Shown piece after piece: positions 62,705-64,000 of a stretch of DNA of 64,000 nt. The stretch is from Bacteroidales bacterium (GTDB lineage: Bacteria; Bacteroidota; Bacteroidia; Bacteroidales; ML635J-15). The stretch spans positions 1,212 to 65,211 of the forward strand of contig QKHS01000085.1 in assembly GCA_003249955.1 (NCBI GenBank), written 5' to 3'. Positions within the stretch are counted from its first letter, which is position 1. Each line of letters starts with the position of its first letter. The notes beneath the pieces were generated by a model, which made no database searches, was not told the origin of the DNA, and saw only the letters and a list, made by a program, of their open reading frames with translations. A program made the translations under genes and the position numbers.

Positions 62705-63058
62705 TTATATTTCGGGTTTAACAACAGAATCTACTTTTGACAGCATGGAGTCGTCGAACATAAATTTAAAAACTTCGTCATTGTTTGTGCTTACTTCTAG
62801 AATGTAAGACTTGCTTCCCATTGTTTTTCCTTTTTTAAATTTTACTTCGCTAAGAGGAGCATTCAGCAATTCGCCTCCGCTGACTTTTTTGCTGTTTCTA
62901 GCCAGTAATGAACCCAATAATCCTGTTCCGGGAGTGCTGACTCTGTCTTGTGAGAATGTTATATTTTTATTTGTGATTGTAAGTTGTCCGGGAAAAGCCT
63001 GGAGAGCCTTTTTGTACCACATCACCTTTTCTGACAATAAAGTTGTTTCCTGTTCCAT
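62705..63058 (-). CDS. hypothetical small PH/GRAM-like domain protein
   Basis: 117 aa. The pattern GQLTITNKNITF...LNAPLSEVKFKKGK...ILEV is reminiscent of bacterial PH/GRAM folds. Low certainty. Confidence 0.45.
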   Translation of the reverse strand: MEQETTLLSEKVMWYKKALQAFPGQLTITNKNITFSQDRVSTPGTGLLGSLLARNSKKVSGGELLNAPLSEVKFKKGKTMGSKSYILEVSTNNDEVFKFMFDDSMLSKVDSVVKPEI

Positions 63059-63176
63059 AATAAAGTTTCTTGACTAAACGTAAAATTCAAAGATAAGAAT
63101 AATACATATGGGCCCAAAATAAAAAATTGTATTTATAAATCAATCTTTTTCTGAGAAGAATGAGTGTGGTGAAGTC

Positions 63177-63386
63177 TTATGACCCGTCTCTACGAGACTC
63201 CGGGTACGGCTTCGGGCATAGCGTAAGTACTGAAGTCCGTAAATAATGATATTACGAGCCTACGGCTCTTATTACGCAATGCCGGAATAGCAACTAGTCC
63301 GGTACGGACGGCACATAGGAAATGCGGACTTCAGTCCGCTTATGATGGATCTTGCTTTTCCTGAGTCTCGTAGAGACGGGTCATAA
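63177..63386. repeat. 210-bp element bounded by perfect 24-bp inverted repeats (MITE/REPIN-like, or a structured RNA gene)
   Basis: 63177-63200 (TTATGACCCGTCTCTACGAGACTC) is the exact reverse complement of 63363-63386. There are several internal hairpins. G+C is about 49% by hand count, within AT-rich intergenic DNA. Confidence 0.7.
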
Positions 63387-63436
63387 AAAATATAACTCTC
63401 TGGTCAGTAAGAGTACGGAGATACTTCCATCTCCTC

Positions 63437-64000
63437 TTACTTTCCGCTTTCTTTATCTTTTATCGAATTCTCAAAATCAATCAAACTCTTAATGCTTTCC
63501 ATGCCTATTCGTTTGCCTATGATTTTTTTGTTACGATCCAGAATAAAAACCGACGGAGTCATAATAATATTGTAAGCTTCTTTGAATCCGGAATGTGGAA
63601 TCGGGCCGTCCCAAACGTTTATCCAGCCTTCTTCGTTAAGATCCTTGTCTTTTACAAATTCTTCCCATTCAGGACGATCGTATTGGGTATAAACTGCAAA
63701 AACTTTTACATTCATAGCTTTTAAACTGTCCCTGTATTGTTGCATAAGAACAGGAATTTCTTTTTTACAATGTCCGCAGCCTGGTTCATAAAATACCAGA
63801 ATTGTATAATCAGCATCAACCTGTGACAGAGACATATATCTTTCGTCAATAGTCTGCATGCGCTTTAACTCTATTGCAGGATCTCCTATTAAAGTGCGTG
63901 ACAGGTTCTTTACTTTTGGAACCAGTTTGGACATAAGTGCAGAGTCTGCCCAGAAAGCTTTTCCGTTCAGGTACCATTTTTCGGCAATGTCAACAAAAAT
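63437..64000 (-). CDS. thioredoxin-fold (TlpA/ResA-like) thiol-disulfide oxidoreductase; N-terminus lies outside the window
   Basis: CxxC motif in YEPGCGHCKKEIP. The reverse frame stays open upstream of the track Met at 63934 (..IFVDIAEKWYLNGKAFWADSALMSKLV) through to position 64000. Confidence 0.8.
   Translation of the reverse strand: MFVDIAEKWYLNGKAFWADSALMSKLVPKVKNLSRTLIGDPAIELKRMQTIDERYMSLSQVDADYTILVFYEPGCGHCKKEIPVLMQQYRDSLKAMNVKVFAVYTQYDRPEWEEFVKDKDLNEEGWINVWDGPIPHSGFKEAYNIIMTPSVFILDRNKKIIGKRIGMESIKSLIDFENSIKDKESGK

Noticed and set aside
63177-63386. Retron msr/msd or another RT-associated ncRNA, given the flanking inverted repeats and internal hairpins.
   Set aside because: No reverse transcriptase or other effector ORF is adjacent. 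Both neighbours are ordinary small genes on the minus strand. A 24-bp perfect stem is also longer than typical retron a1/a2 repeats.

Overview
AT-rich chromosomal segment that looks like Bacteroidota. Evidence: type A and type B T9SS C-terminal sorting domains, a PorP/SprF gene, TAnnTTTG -7 promoter boxes close to start codons, and no useful Shine-Dalgarno sites. Gene density is high and most genes are housekeeping. Recognised genes include acyl-CoA synthetase, ygiQ, ppa, cdd, kdsA, mqnA, mltG, ppdK, lpdA, yggS, ADP-forming acetyl-CoA synthetase, an ABC-F ATPase, ftsE and gyrB. There is one tRNA-Gly(CCC) and three very large T9SS-secreted adhesin-like proteins. I found no rRNA, CRISPR array, transposase, integrase, phage genes or recognisable defence genes. 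I do not see a convincing novel multi-gene system. The features most worth a second look are non-coding or single-gene. (1) A 210-bp GC-rich island closed by perfect 24-bp inverted repeats at 63177-63386. (2) A roughly 490-bp cluster of imperfect palindromes whose arms are three tandem octamers, at 26962-27450. (3) A 24-bp-stem hairpin at 32115-32171 with a dispersed half copy at 27269-27296. (4) A DUF3127-like protein ending in an SSB-type acidic DDLPF tip. (5) A +1 frameshift splitting a TPR gene of about 1060 codons. (6) An orphan LexA-like XRE-S24 repressor with a perfect 7-1-7 palindrome in its promoter. (7) A family I pyrophosphatase with a lipoprotein signal peptide. All product calls come from motif and family recognition by eye on the supplied translations; no database search was run.
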